63,681 bases of DNA from Chiloscyllium plagiosum (Eukaryota): the NCBI RefSeq assembly GCF_004010195.1, contig NC_057718.1, positions 65,969,089 through 66,032,769 on the forward strand. Direction: 5' to 3'. This document shows, piece after piece, positions 25,231-39,061 of the stretch. Every line of letters starts with the position of its first letter. Position 1 is the stretch's first letter. Made by a program: the position numbers and the translations under genes. Under the pieces are notes generated by a model that worked only from the letters and a program-made list of their open reading frames with translations, made no database searches and was not told the DNA's origin.

Positions 25231-25299
25231 ATAAACAACAACATTCCCTGATTTCAGTGAAATATTCTCTATTCCTTCCCATCTCATTCTAATTGTCTT

Positions 25300-26090
25300 T
25301 GTCACAAAATTACCAATCTGCTCGAAAGTTTTGACTTCTCTTTATTTAATAACCTGTTCGTAACTTGAATCATCAATCAGACGCTGACTCATTTTGAAAT
25401 TTATTGCCCCATCAATGCTCAGGCTGTTTTCAGTCCTAACATCATATTTGATCTTAAAATTAGGTTCTAACACACATTTACATCATCACTAAGACTGCCT
25501 TTTTGCATCCATAATGTCATTCAAATCTGTCTGTCCTTCAGTTTATCTTTGCTGAAATTTTCGTTTATGCCTTTATGGCTTCTAAGCTTGACTATTTCAT
25601 GCATTCCTGGTTGGCGTCCCACATTCCACCCTCCATAGACCTGAAGTCATCCAAAACTTTGCGGTTCTGAATTTTTTCTTACACTAAGTCCTATTCACTT
25701 ATCATCATGGTGCTCACTTACCTAATATAACAATGCCTCAATTGAAAATTTCTCGTCCTTGTAATCAAACTCCTCTATAGTCTCCCCTCTCCCTATCTGT
25801 TAAATCTCGTCGAACCCCACAACTGTCTAAAATATATGCTGTCATCTAATTCACATCTTTCGACCATCCCTTATTATTATTGCTGCACCTAAGATGGCCA
25901 CACTGACAACGCCTAAGCCCTAAACTGCAGAGTTCGCTCTGTAAATCTCATTGTTTCTAAACATGTTTCCTCCTCCTAGAGCTCAGTAAAATCTACTATT
26001 TTGGCCAAGCTTTTGACTATCTTCTCCCAATATTTTGCTTCACAATGCTCCTGTGAAGAATTTAAAATGTGAAGGTTTTATCAGATAAAT
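25300..26090 (+). mobile_element. Old L2-like LINE 3' fragment (related piece at about 28500-29180)
   Basis: gtttatgcctttatggcttctaagcttgactat... translates to a degenerate HAFVTSRLDY.N.LL.G motif. Confidence 0.55.
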
Positions 26091-26294
26091 ATGTGATTAT
26101 TGAATTGCTTGGACTTTGAACTTAATTGACAGCAAGCAATAACCAAAAAAAAACCCATCCAATCACCCTTCCCCTCCCAAAATAAGTCTTTAGGGCACCA
26201 ATATGGAATGTCACAACTAAATGGAATTAGTTTATAATCATGATAGGTTAAAAAAAATTATTATCTTTTTCTATTGAATAAAGATGTATTAGAA

Positions 26295-26466
26295 TTAGGA
26301 TTCCTACAGCCCAACAAGTTCACACTGACCCTCTGAAGTGTAACCCACCCAGACCCATTCCCATATAACTCTACATTTCACCCTGACTAATGCACACATC
26401 CCTGAACACTATGAGCAATTTAGCATGGCCAGTTCACCTAACCTGCATACCTTTGAGTTGTGGGAG
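26295..26466 (-). mobile_element. 5'-truncated V-SINE
   Basis: gcaatttagcatggccagttcacctaacctgca is the reverse complement of the V-SINE body. Confidence 0.8.
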
Positions 26467-27777
26467 TGTGTTAGAAATAGTTGTAAAAATGCCCTTTTTG
26501 AAGTCTCCAGCCTCAAAGTCTTTAGACTATAGTACTGCCTGTCACATAATTTAGAGTTCTAGATATTTTAGTAATTCATAACAAGTTCTGAGTATCTCAT
26601 TATTGCATCGCCTATCCAGTTCCAATAAATATTGTAGAGAACAGAAACTCTGACGTTGTTAGGATGAAATTATTTATCAAAACAGTATAAGAGAACTTTT
26701 TCTTACGAAATGTTTGTGAAACCTGTACAATGTCCTAGCTCATTAACATGGTGAACACACAATGGGCAAATACAGTTACAGAAAAAATGGAGATCTGGTA
26801 TCTTATGGTTTAGGTCTTATTTATGGATCTCCCATAGTGCACCACATGGGAAGATTGGAGACCTGAGATTATTTGGTGAGAGACCAATGAATCATTGGAC
26901 CAGGGCCTGCAGATTAAACTTGGTTTCAAAGTCATAAAATCCATTTTAAAATTTTGGAAAAGAGTACAATTGCAGACACACTTGGTGCAGACGTATGATT
27001 ATGAATGTACCATTATGGACTTTAAATTGTTACAGAATTACATCTTTTTGTTCTGTTTATATGAATGATAGTAATTTTGATTCTGAACTTAGCCAGTGGT
27101 AACTTGTGAAAGGTTTGTAAACTTTGATATTTGGAATCATATTGATGAATTTGCAACGTTCTTCAGGGTACCATTGCAACTTTATTTAAGAAAGGAAATA
27201 AATGTTAAAAAACACACATTTCTTGTGCTTTGCTCAGTAACAAATGAGTTCCTCTCTACCAGTGATCTGTATGCATTTATATAATACTGGTACAGACTTA
27301 CTCAGCTGGAGGTGATAAAGCAAATAGGTATATCATTGAGAAAGCAATCAAGAAATTTGCTTTCTCTCTGGACAGATCCTTTTTAATGTTGACGTGCATT
27401 TTGTCCCTTTGCAGCCATATATTTTGCAACAAATTGAGCAGAACCACTATACATTGTATCAGGTTGAAGAAATCTGAATTAGAAAAGTATAGCATCTTTA
27501 TCTGTTTCAATGTTTGACTTATGGCTCAAAATATAGTCTCACTCTTTTAATTTCATTGTCACAGGCAGAAATATGTTAAGCGTCACATTATTCAGTCACA
27601 AATATACAAAGTAGTTGTAACTATCTGTTAAAATAATGATCAGGAAAAATCTTGTAAGTGACTAGTTTGGAAAGTTCAGTTTTGACCAACATCATCGCTT
27701 GTATCACTGACTGGATTGGTAAGTATGGCCCCATAAATAACTTAGTTGTATTTATGAAAAAAATCTTAAAATATTTT

Positions 27778-28100
27778 GGGCGCCACGGTGGCACAGTGGT
27801 TAGCACTGCTGGCTCACAGCACCAGAAACCCGGGTTCAATTTCCGCCTCAGGCAACTGTCTGTGTGGTGTTTGCACATTCTCCCCGTGTCTGCGTGGGTT
27901 TCCTCTGGGTGCTCCAGTTTCCTCCCACAGTCCAAAAATGTGCAGGTTAGGTGAATTGGCCGTGCTAAATTGCCCATAATGTTGGGTGAGGGGGTAAGTG
28001 TAGGGGAATGGGTTTGGATGGGTTGCTCTTTGGAGGGTCGGTGTGGACTTATTGGGCCGAAGGGCTTGTTTCCACACTGTAAGTAAGTAATCTAATCTAA
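27778..28100 (+). mobile_element. tRNA-derived V-SINE (HE1-like), full length
   Basis: A box tggcacagtggttag, B box gggttcaattt, V-domain ctccccgtgtctgcgtgggtttcctc, LINE-like tail, (tctaa)n end. Direct repeat aatattttg on both sides. Confidence 0.9.
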
Positions 28101-28674
28101 TATTTTGAACAAGAGAAAAATTCTCCTGAGTCAATATGTTTTTCCAAAATCCCTCTCTTTTCTCAAATTGGCTGCTACATTTCCTGCATTACAATAAAGG
28201 CTATACTTGAAAAGTATGTCACTACCTCAGAACTTCTCCATTACTTTACAGCTAATGAAAGATGGAGTCATAATAATATAATAAAAGAATAATATTGCAA
28301 GTTCTTTAAAGCAGGCCTAAAAATGTAAATTTTACCTAACATTATTTTCTAGTTTTATATGTTTGCTGCCTGGAGCTTTTTGGTCTTGAAGGCATGAGAA
28401 ATTCATTCATGTGAAGCTTGCAACTTTATTTTCCTGTCCTCTAGTTACGTTTTGTTCAGCATCTATGTGCAGCTGTGGCACTTAAGCAGTCCAGAATGTT
28501 ATTGACTTTTGATTTCATTTCTTCTGTTTTTTTTTACTTAGTCTCAATTCATCTTCCACTGGAATCCTCATTCATATCTTTGTATTGCTAGCTTGAATTC
28601 CAAAGTACTCCTTGTTGGTATCCCACAAGTCTGTAAACCTGAGATAATCCAAAATTGCCCATTTCTTAACTTGC

Positions 28675-28824
28675 TGAAAATGTGTTGCTGGAAAAGCGCA
28701 GCAGGTCAGGCAGCATCCAAGGAACAGGATTCTCCTGTTCCTTGGATACTGCCTGACCTGCTGCGCTTTTCCAGCAACACATTTTCAGCTCTGATCTCCA
28801 GCATCTGCAGCCCTCACTTTCTCT
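28675..28824. mobile_element. Fold-back mini-element (Neptune-type termini, ribozyme centre lost)
   Basis: Near-perfect inverted arms of about 55 bp. 15-bp direct repeat catttcttaacttgc (28660-28674 and 28825-28839). Inserted in an L2-like fragment. Confidence 0.88.
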
Positions 28825-30432
28825 CATTTCTTAACTTGCAACAAGTCCTGTTCACCATCGCCCCCTGCTGACGTACATTGGCCCCAGTCAAACAACATCT
28901 TGATTTTGTTTCTCTTCTTTATCAAACTTCTTGAGCAGCCCTGATTTTAGTCATTGTATCATTGGTGGCTGTACTTTTGGTTGTCTCAGCCATAAATTCT
29001 GAACTAGTCTCCCTACATCTATTTGCCACTGTACTTTAGTTCTTGTCTTTGAGATGCTGCTTAAAACTTACCTCTTTAACTAATATCTTCTTCTGTAGCT
29101 TGGTATGCCATTCTTTATAATATAATGCTTCTGTGACGCAGCTTAGTATTTTTTATGTTAAAGCTGCAACATAAATATTACGTTGCAATTTGGCCTCCCT
29201 GTTGTTCCAAGTCCTTTTTAAGTTAATTCTTTTTCAAAGTTCTTTTCAGTCCATTTACAATTCACTGAATCACAAAATTGTTGCAGTGCAGAAAGATCAC
29301 TGCATGGTGAATGATTTATTGTATAAAATGCAAGGCATGAGTATGAACCTAAATAGTTAGGACAATGAAATAAGTCCACTAAAAAGAGAAGAAAGAGGTG
29401 AAAGAACACACGAGAAAATAAATTTGTAAATGGTGAGCATCAAAACTAATTATATGCATGCTGTATATTCAGAAACGCTCTGTGATAAGCCCTGGAGAAT
29501 GCCATGAAATATCTACAATTATTCATTGAATGATTTATTTTAAAATAATAATGTTCTATAACTTTATTATTCTTCAAATGTAAACGTTTTTATATAGACT
29601 TTTTAAACTTGATAAAGTTTATCAAAATTGTTTTCCTTCATTTAGTTGTCCAAAATTAACATTATTTTTGTTCATTGAGCACCCCCAAAATACACGCTTA
29701 GTTCCCTAAGATAAACACTGTCTTCCTTTTTCTATTATGCTGCAACCTATTATCAGTCTGTGCTGCCAATCACTATTATTGAAATATTGTCATTTCAATG
29801 AGCTTCTGATCACGAAACTGTAAAATTTTGAGATGGGAGTGTAGCACTTAATAGTGTAGAAACGTTGCAGATGCTGAAAACAAAATATTGTAACAAAGAA
29901 ATGACTCCTAGTTGCTATGGTATAATCTTAATATTTGGAAATATTTCCTATGTGAGAATAAAATGAAATGATCAGCAGCAGCACTGAGGGATATGTTTGG
30001 CCTTCCATGCTGAAAACTAGAAAGAATTTCCTTTTTAAAACTCTTCAATTTAATCTAGTTTTTCTATACATTTGCTTTGAAGTGTTAATATTCTTAGGTT
30101 TAATGAGTTTTTTTTCCCCCTTTTTAAAAATTCTCTAGCCCAAGAGAAGAGTTTTCTACATTTAGGATGTTTATAGAAATCTGTGCTGAAATTGCTTTTG
30201 ATTTTTACTGTATCTAGGAACGTACTCAAATTCAGTTAGCAGCTAACTTGAATGGCACAAACAAAATTCACAACGCTCTATGTGGAGAGTCTTGGACTTA
30301 AAACCCACAACATGCCATTCCTGACATTTTCCCAGTATATAGATTGGTTTTGTATATAGCTATAATATTCCAAAGTAAATTGGACATTATCTTATTGAAG
30401 TGCTTTATTTGTATTTAAATATATATCCACAG

Positions 30433-30594
30433 TGTAAACCAGAATACAAAGTCCCAGGGCTGTATGTTATCGACTCAATTGTGCGTCAGTCTCGTCATCA
30501 GTTTGGTCCAGAAAAGGATGTGTTTGCGCCCAGATTTTGCAAGAACATCAATACAACTTTCCAAAACTTGTACAAATGTCCTGCTGATGACAAG
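30433..30594 (+). CDS. SCAF8: SCAF8 internal coding exon (probably exon 4), CID domain: CKPEYKVPGLYVIDSIVRQSRHQFGPEKDVFAPRFCKNINTTFQNLYKCPADDK
   Basis: ccacag acceptor, GTATGT donor, 162 nt, phase 0/0. Contains the CID hallmark LYVIDSIVR. Confidence 0.97.
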
Positions 30595-31657
30595 GTATGT
30601 GGTTTTCATAGTCTGTATAGTATATGCACTAAATTTAATGCAATAAAACTAAACTAATGATATGAATTCTTCAGTTTTTTTTAAATTTAATGAATCCAGC
30701 TTGGCTGATGCTACGTTTTGAACCAAACCAGCTAATTCACTTATTTATTAAGTATAGTCTGGATGAAGTCTGGATAATTTAGAATTTGAATCTTAAGCTT
30801 TGATTGAGCATAAAGTTAGTTTAGCACAGTTTGAAATTTGCTAGGTTTGAGATGAATTTCTGTTTAGAGCACTAACTTTTGGAAGTGAATTCGGAGAAGT
30901 GGAGAATGAGCAGTAACAAATGCTGGATTTCTGACCAGATGAGGAAATTATGGTTCTGATATTGGTGCTTACATCTGTAGACAGATTACAATATATTTAT
31001 AAAAGTGAAATTGATGGCAGAAGACAACTGGATACTACTTGAATTTTTAAAAAAAAATCAGATTCTTGAATCTGAAATTCTCCCCCTAAGGATATTTTAG
31101 TCAACCCTACAGCATGTGGACTTCAACGGTTTAAGAAGCCAGCTCACCATCACCTTCTTGAGGGCAACTCAGATCAGGCAATAAATGCTTGCCAGCCAGC
31201 AAAGCCCACATCCCATGCCTGAATTTTTATAAAGTAGCAACTTTGAGAAAATTAACTTTTTGCAGTGAAATGAATAATGCTTTAGTCCTTTCTCATTGTT
31301 TTAAAATGGTGCAGTAATAATATGAGATAAATCTGAAAAGCCTATTAAAAATCTTTCAGCAGATTATGTGGACTAAAAATTATTAAAATTTGTGTCATTG
31401 TATACATAGTAACTTAGATAAAATAGAACTTATTTCATTAGGAAGGAGACTAATGGTTGCCCATGTTAATTCAAGAAATGTAGTACACAAAAACAACTGT
31501 ATTTCTGGGTGTGAGGTTTTTACCAATTACAGTCCCCCACTTACCAACCCATCTGTCCAAAGAATAAGCTTTGTATGTGATTTATAATTTTAATAAAGGC
31601 ATTTTTTTTTTCCATTTGCTTGTCTTGTTGTGTACCACTGTAGTTTTAAAAGAAAAT

Positions 31658-31820
31658 GGTGTGGAGATGCTGGTGTTGGACTGGGGTGGACAAAATTAAA
31701 AATCTCAACACCAGGTTATAGTGCAGCAGGTTTATTTGGAAGAACAAGCTATCGGAGCAGCGAAAGATTGCGCTTCCAAATAGACTTGCTAGGCTGTAAC
31801 CTGGTGTTGTGATTTTTAAC
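31658..31820. mobile_element. Fold-back mini-element of the third terminus family
   Basis: caacaccaggttatag...tttggaag is mirrored by cttccaaa...ctgtaacctggtgttg. 13-bp direct repeat tttaaaagaaaat (31645-31657 and 31821-31833). Confidence 0.82.
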
Positions 31821-32699
31821 TTTAAAAGAAAATCACCATCTTGGTGTAAACCCTCGTCCAGTGCCATTATAACTCATGATTTTCACCTTATTTTGATTTA
31901 GTCACACCTATGTCTAGGTATAAATGGGTCAGGCAAAGCTGTTGGTTCCTGGCCACAGCCAACATTTTTGCATCTCTCTACTGTCTGACGACCAGCTGGA
32001 GATCTCTACCAGTAGTCAAATGCCAGTCCATCTTGGGTCCCTCTCCTAAGTCTACTGGGAGTCTATTGCAAAATCCTCTGGGTATGCTGTAATAATAGGA
32101 GTTTGGTGAAGCAGCAAAGCCAGTTGAGCTTTTCTTTAAGAAAAGATGACAGATGAAATGGCAGGCTATTCTGAGTATTTTCTTAATTTCAGTATTGAGT
32201 ATAAAATCCCAGAAATTCTTCTTGTAGGCATCCAATTTACTTTTTTTTGGGCAATTTTCAAATTCCAAGTTTGACAAACATGTAGGTAAGTAAAGAGCCT
32301 GTTCACTTTGTAAAGTCCAAATCATTTTCAGTTGGTTGAAAATTAGTGCTGGTCCCCTACTTTCACATTGTCTGTTGCTTCCTGGACATTGCTTATCTGG
32401 ACAGTTTAATTAATGTCCTCTGATGTCGCTTTGATTGGTATAAGTATCTGTTGGTTATTAGTGGTCTTCTGTTACAATTTATTTTGTTTTCTTGATGTTT
32501 ATACTTAGTCCCACTCTTTCACCTTGATTACTGAGTTGATAAGCTGTTGCAATCCTGTGTGCTGTCTCACGCAAGTGTTCAGAGATAAGCAGTTATATAA
32601 TTAATGTCTTAAATCACTAAATAATATGCTGGGCTGATTTAGACAAGTTTAACTGTAGTGGAAATATTGAATTAGTTCCTGGGCAATCTGACAGCATCC

Positions 32700-33250
32700 A
32701 CTAGTGGAATAGCAGTTTTTCTTGATAGAAGTCCATACATCGTGGACTCCAGTGAGTGAAATTACTTACGGAAGCGAAATTTGCAAATCATTTACGCAAG
32801 TTACCATGGGAAAAGGGTATTATGAAGAGTTTCAATTGGTTAAACGAGATTCCACAAGTTGACATCATCGTATTCATGGGCAACATGAATGCACAAATTG
32901 GTGCAGACAGGACTGAATTTCAGAATTTCTAGGCCACTGTGGAAATGAAAGATGCACAAATAATGGAGATCACTTTGTACAGTTTGTTCCACAATCTCAA
33001 GTTTACTCTTTAACATCTACAAAACCAGATGAGCTTTGAATGCCAGCAGAACTCCAATCAAATATCCATTAAGCACTGTTAAATAATGTTAGGGTACATT
33101 GTGCAACAGACATTCGGTGGTGACCATTTGGTAATGGCATAGATCACGCTGAGGACGCAGAACAGTCAGTCAGATGTGGGAAAGATTTTGATATCAGCAA
33201 GCTTGGTGGTGATAAAACTAAGAGCAGGTTTGGTGTCCTGGCTGATCTCA
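32700..33250 (+). mobile_element. Highly degenerate RTE-like LINE endonuclease fragment
   Basis: gacatcatcgtattcatgggcaacatgaatgcacaaattggt translates to DIIVFMGNMNAQIG, resembling the APE GD.NA.IG motif. Confidence 0.45.
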
Positions 33251-34522
33251 GGCCTTGAATGGTAGACTGATGGAGATGAAAACTAAAGGAGGAAATTCAA
33301 GTAGAAGGAGAAATGTGAGTCAGTGACCACACATGGGGATCTTCATGCAGGAAAGAAGATACATTATCAGAAAAGTGAAAATGGAAACATGAGCCTTCCA
33401 TCAGACTTCTATAAATGAGAAGGGAAAAGAATCAACAAACCAGCAGAAGACGCAGTTGCTTGCAGTAACAGTCTTTCTTTGAGAGAGTTTTAACAGCTGG
33501 CACTCTGCAATACTCATGAATGTAGGGAGTACAAGCATCAAATTGCATCTTGACATTTTTATAACTGGATGCACATACTGCCAAGATGATTCCCTAATAT
33601 GTGTAAACATGTAAGAATTATGCTTGGCATTTAATGAAAGCAGTGTTTTTATATGCAAGATAAATCTAACAACCTTTATTCTTTTTCATAATCAAACCTG
33701 AGTTCTTTTAATCTTTGATTTATTACTGCATTTGATCCATCTAACTATTGGATAAATTTTAAATCCAGTCAGTTTCCCAAAATCACTTTTGGTTTTATCT
33801 GGAAACAGTTTACACAGTTGAATGACTAAGAAACAAAATTTTCTGTCATCATTCTAATCAAAAGGAAAGCAAAATAATACAGAAGTTAGGAAATGTTGGA
33901 AACACTGTGCAAGCCGAGCAAAACATTGATGACGTGTCATCACCTCTGTTGAGATATGGTGAAAACGCTTTTCTCTGAAATACTAACTCTCCATCTTTCT
34001 GTTCATATGCTGTCTCTTTTCAGTTCTTTTTTAAATGACCTTATAATCACTTCAGGTGAAATTCCACATTCTGATAATCCTCTTCATGAGTATGGTTTTA
34101 CTAACTCATTGTATTCTTCTTGTATTCTGAATCTTTGCCAGGATTTCCCAAATTGATGTTTGCAACACCTAGTGGAGTTGCTATCTGACAATTTGGGGTT
34201 GTGCGATAAAAGGCAACAATCGTTGGTGGAGCTCTGGCCAATTGCAACCAGCTTAAAGCTCTTTAAAGCTCATTAAATTGTGACCATGGCTTAAGTCGCA
34301 GTTCTTTGATCCTTGAAGTATGAACTCTATCTCAGTAGCAAAGTGGATGCTTTTTACTTAAACCTCTATGGATTAAACAGCTTCTCCTAGCTGTCAGGTC
34401 TCTCATCCCCTTCTTACCTCCCCAACTACCACCACTCCTGTCAGGGGTCTGCATTTCAACCGTGCTGTGAGAGGTTTGTCACTTCCTATCCCAAACCCTG
34501 GAGCAACTTTCTCTGGCAAAGA

Positions 34523-34870
34523 GTGACACAGTGGCTCAATGATTAGCACTTAGCCTCAAAGCGCCAGGGAGTCGATTTGCTTCTACAGTCAGGCAACTGT
34601 AAATGGAGTTTACACATTGTCCCCATGTCTGCGTGGGTTTCTTCCCAGATGCTCTGGTTTTCTGCCACAGACCAAAGATGTGTAGGTTAGGTAGATTTGG
34701 CATGCTAAATTGCCCATAGTGTCCAGGGATGTGCATGGGTGTATTATCCATGGGAAATGCAGGGTTACAGGGACAGAGTAAGGAGGTGAATCTAGTTGGG
34801 ATTCTTTTCAGAGGATCGGTGTGGACTGATGGGTCAGATGGCCTACTTGCACATTGTAGGATTTCTAGGA
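34523..34870 (+). mobile_element. V-SINE (diverged)
   Basis: tRNA-like head plus V-domain plus tail. Confidence 0.82.
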
Positions 34871-35099
34871 GTTTTGTCCACCTCTTGGATACTTCTGCCA
34901 CATTCTGTGATCTGGAGGCATTGCAGTTATACCCAAATGGGATCATAATAAGAAAATGTTTGGGAACCACCGGACCTGTTGTTCCTGATTCTCAGAATTG
35001 TTACTGCAGAAAGGAGGCTATTTAGCCCATTGTGTTTACTCTGATTCTTCAAATGAGCATTATGACTTGGTGATTTGCCTGATTTTTCCCAATTTATTA

Positions 35100-35302
35100 G
35101 GAGAAAGTGAGGACTGCAGATGCTGGAGAAGTCTGAATCGAAAAGGGTGACACTGGAAAAGCAGAGCAGGTCAGGCACCATCCGAGGAGCAGGAGAGTCG
35201 ACAATTTGGGCATTCTTGATGAAGGGCTTATGCCCAAATGCTCAACTCTCCTGCTCCTCTGGTGCTTCCTGACCAGCTCTGCTTTTCCAACGCCACTCTT
35301 TT
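35100..35302. mobile_element. Fold-back mini-element (Neptune-type termini)
   Basis: The left arm is complete from gagaaagtgaggactgcag. The right arm is inverted and contains a degenerate ttgatgaagggcttatgcccaaa core. Confidence 0.8.
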
Positions 35303-38300
35303 GCCAGATTATTGCTTATTGTTTTTATTCAAATAATCATTCAATGTTCTCTGAAATGCCTCCACAAACTGCCTCCTGTACACTTTCAGGAATGTTCATC
35401 CAGACCCAAACTACTCACCCATTGTGTGAAAGCATTTTGTCTCTCATCACGTTTGCAAATGACTATAAATCTATGTGCTATGATTCTGGATCCTTTGACG
35501 ATTGGGCACAGTTTATCCATGTCTGCTTTTTAAACACATGTAAACAAATAATTCACTTTTTTGAGGCTTTTCATAATTTTTGAATTTGTTATTGCACCCT
35601 TCCTTTAAGCTTTTCAGTTCCCTCCTCTGTTTTTGCATAGTATGTCCTTCTGTTCCTGGATAGTACGCCTGTGACAAGTTAGTATTTTAAGCTGTAAATG
35701 AGCGGAAGATTGCAGTGTGTTTCTTGTAGGTCACTATGATTGCAGTCTGTAGCCTCTGTTAACAGCTGCAGTTTGCATCTTCAACCAATAATGGCTTTTT
35801 GAATATGTTCCCTCAAGGTCTTGAGGTTTCCAAATAACTTTCTCTTATCAGATCATGAAGAGACCTGAGCCATATCCAAGGTGAGGAACGCTAGCAAAAA
35901 TGTGAATTTTTTTTTCCATAAATCTGTTCAGAGATGCTATTGCACACATTTGAAGCACTTGAGAACACAGGCCTCCTAGTTCATAGATGGTACACTACCA
36001 CTGTGCCAAAGAACTTCACTAGCAAACATGCACGCGGTAAACAGACCACATAAATAAACCCTGATCAAGCTGGTGTGTGCATCTTTAAGATTCCAATTGC
36101 AGGTTATAACCATATGTGCAAGAACAGGGTACCTAAAAGCATTGGGAAGAGATTCTTCAAAGCAATGTTCTGCCTTTTGACTTCCCTCCCACTTAATACA
36201 GACATGTCTTTGATATGTGGAAAATCTGCATAAGTACTTGATTGATAAATTTTGGGGTGGTGAGGGACCTGGAACTTAGGAAATAGGTGTCCAACTCCAT
36301 TCACTTGATGGGCTTAGTCTATCAATTTAGCATAGACCAAATCTGGAATTATCTGGTCACTTTGGGTTAAAATTAGTGTGCCGGCTCATTTTTACTGTAC
36401 GATAGATGCAGTGTATGGAAGATATTTATGGTTTGTGAAATCCTAATTGTCAAAATAAGTAGGTTTTATTGTGCATATGCATTCTTGCCAACTGTGTGAA
36501 ATCTGCATTTAAGTGATTTCATGATGAATTGAAATGCGAGGAAATGAATTGTAAAGATGTTCCTGAAAGGATGGCTGGAGGTCACTGAAGATACATTGGA
36601 AAATGGCAAACTGTTCCTCCTCCTGGGAGTGTAGTGGAACAGGAGGGGTTAAAGCAGTACCATAGTGCTGCTACAGCCTGTACACAGCCCTCCTGGATCT
36701 CACTGCCTTATGTACTGGAGTAATGTAGGGGCATACTTCAGCAGTACTTTCAAAGGTGCTGTTTGAGATTGAGATACCTACCTAGAGTGGCTGCAATGCA
36801 TTGAATGGTCCTGACCATATAGTCCATACATAAGTGGAGAATTATGTAATTGTTACAGCGTGGAAGGTGTCCATTAAGTCATTATGTCTATGTTGGCTCT
36901 CTGCATAATTAACGAGTTCAATTCCCTGCCCTTTCCTTTTGGTATAATTATTTTTATTCTGGTTTCTTTCTGCTTTGAAAGTTGCATAAATCTTGCTCCA
37001 TCACACACGACAGAAATGCATTTTAGATCCTAACCACTTGTTTAGAAAATAAAAATTCTTTATGCTGCCATTTTTTTGTCACTCAACTTAAATTGATATG
37101 CTCTAGTTCTTGAGTTTTCAACCAAAGGGAGCAGTTCTGTCCTACCTAGACCCTCAAAGGGACCTCTTATCAAATTTCCTCCCAATTTTTTAAAAGAAAT
37201 TCCAGCTTCTCTAATCTCTCTACCTCACTGAAGTTCTCATCCTTGGAGCTATTCTCACAAATCTTTTCTGTGTGATCTCTAAAGCCTTCATAACTGTTCT
37301 AATGTGCAATGCCTGGAATTTGATTTCAGTTCAGGTTGATCCAGTGTTATCCAGATGTTGTTCACCATCTCTTTATAAACCCCATAATTTCATATACCCT
37401 TTCAATGAGTTGTTCAAACTATCCTGCCACCTTCAGCAATTTATGCATGGTTTGTCTAGTCTCTGTACCCCATTTTATATGTTTATATTAAGTAATCACT
37501 TTCTTCCAACCCAGTTCTACATTTCATACTTTGTGTTACATTTTGTCTCTCGTGCATAATGTTGTCAACACTGTTGCTTTCCTCCTCATAGTTTACAATA
37601 CTTCCAAATTTTCTGTCATCTGCAAATTCTGTCTTTGACACCATGTCTGGGTTATTGATCTATATCAAGAAAAGCAGTGGCTGCAAGAGCAGTCAGAGGC
37701 TCAGAATTTTGTGGTGAGCAATTTGCCTCCCAACTCCTCAAAACCTGTCAACTATTTACAAAAAGAATGTCAAAAATGCAGTGGAATGTTCTTCATTATC
37801 CATATCCTTTTTAGTTTTAAGGATGACCACGGCTGCAACAACACTCACAAGGCTTAACACAATTTTGGATAAAGCAGTCTCTACAATGTACACCTTATCC
37901 ACCAATTTAGACAGTAACTTGTTCCACCACTGATGCATAGTGATAGCCGTGTGTACTATCTGCAAGATGCACTGCAACATATCACCAAGCATTTATAAAC
38001 AGCACCTTCTAAATCCATGACCTGCAACAGGCAAGGGCTGCAGATGCATAGGAACAGCACTATCTAAAAGTTCCCCTCCCAAGTCGCACACTACCATGAC
38101 TTGGAACTATGTTGAAGTGTTTTCCTCGTTGTTGGGTCAAAATACTGGAACTCCCTCCATAACAGCACTGCACATCGCATAGAATACTGCAGTTTAAGCA
38201 GATAGCTCACCACCATCTTTTCAAATGAAATTAACAATGTGCATTTAATAATGGCCTCACCAGTAATATTTGTCTCTTATGAATGAACAAAAAAAGTCCA

Positions 38301-38901
38301 GGAAAAGGTAGTAAAAATCTGGTGCAGCCCACTGTCTCTTCCTCTAAAAAAACAACTGTCCACACCTACTGTTTCTTGTCATTCAGCCAATGTTACCACT
38401 GTTCTTGTTATTGCATGTGCTTCAACTTACTTGCAAGCCTATTAATTAGCACTTGATAAAATGCCTTTTAGAAGTCCACAGAGACTAAATCAAACACACT
38501 ACCATTATCAGCCCTATCTGTTTTCATTTCAAATGAAAAACCTCACTCAATTAGTAAAAGGATTTGCTTCCTGTGATATAGCATGGTATATAATAATCTG
38601 GGTACCCTGCCATTTTTCTTGAGTCAACGTACAAATGCTTTTGAAATGATATGTCAAAAATGGTTTGTATACTACTGAAAAATATTAACTTCCTCATATG
38701 GAAAAGAGAGAGTTTACTTTGAGAAGCACATCTTAATTACAGGTAAGCACTGACGTTTATAATGAGCAGAGGTAAACAGGTTTTTGTTTTAGGGATTTCA
38801 GTTCATTCTTTGTGAAGTTTTGGTATAATTCAGTGTGTATTGGCTAAATATCTGGTGATTATTAGTAGCTCTAATATTAGGTTGATATGTGTGTTTTACA
38901 G

Positions 38902-39061
38902 AGTAAAGTAGTGCGGGTACTGAACTTGTGGCAGAAGAATGGAGTGTTCAAAAGTGAGATCATACAACCACTTCTGGACCTAGCAACTGGGATTCCGCCA
39001 CCATCTGTCGCCCCTGCTGTTGCCAGTACTACTGCAGCAACTGTGAGCAGCAACACACCAG
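38902..39061 (+). CDS. SCAF8: SCAF8 internal coding exon (probably exon 5), end of CID: SKVVRVLNLWQKNGVFKSEIIQPLLDLATGIPPPSVAPAVASTTAATVSSNTP(G)
   Basis: ttttacag acceptor, GTAGCC donor, 160 nt, phase 0/1. The GIPPP...SNTPG tail is SCAF8-like rather than SCAF4-like. Confidence 0.96.

Noticed and set aside
27778..27850. tRNA genes at SINE heads (also about 2955-3010 and 55275-55330)
   Set aside because: A/B boxes continue directly into SINE bodies, with no complete cloverleaf or Pol III terminator.
36521..36566. ATGATGA...CTGA as a C/D box snoRNA
   Set aside because: Only about 46 nt, with no C'/D' boxes or recognisable guide, and far from a splice site.
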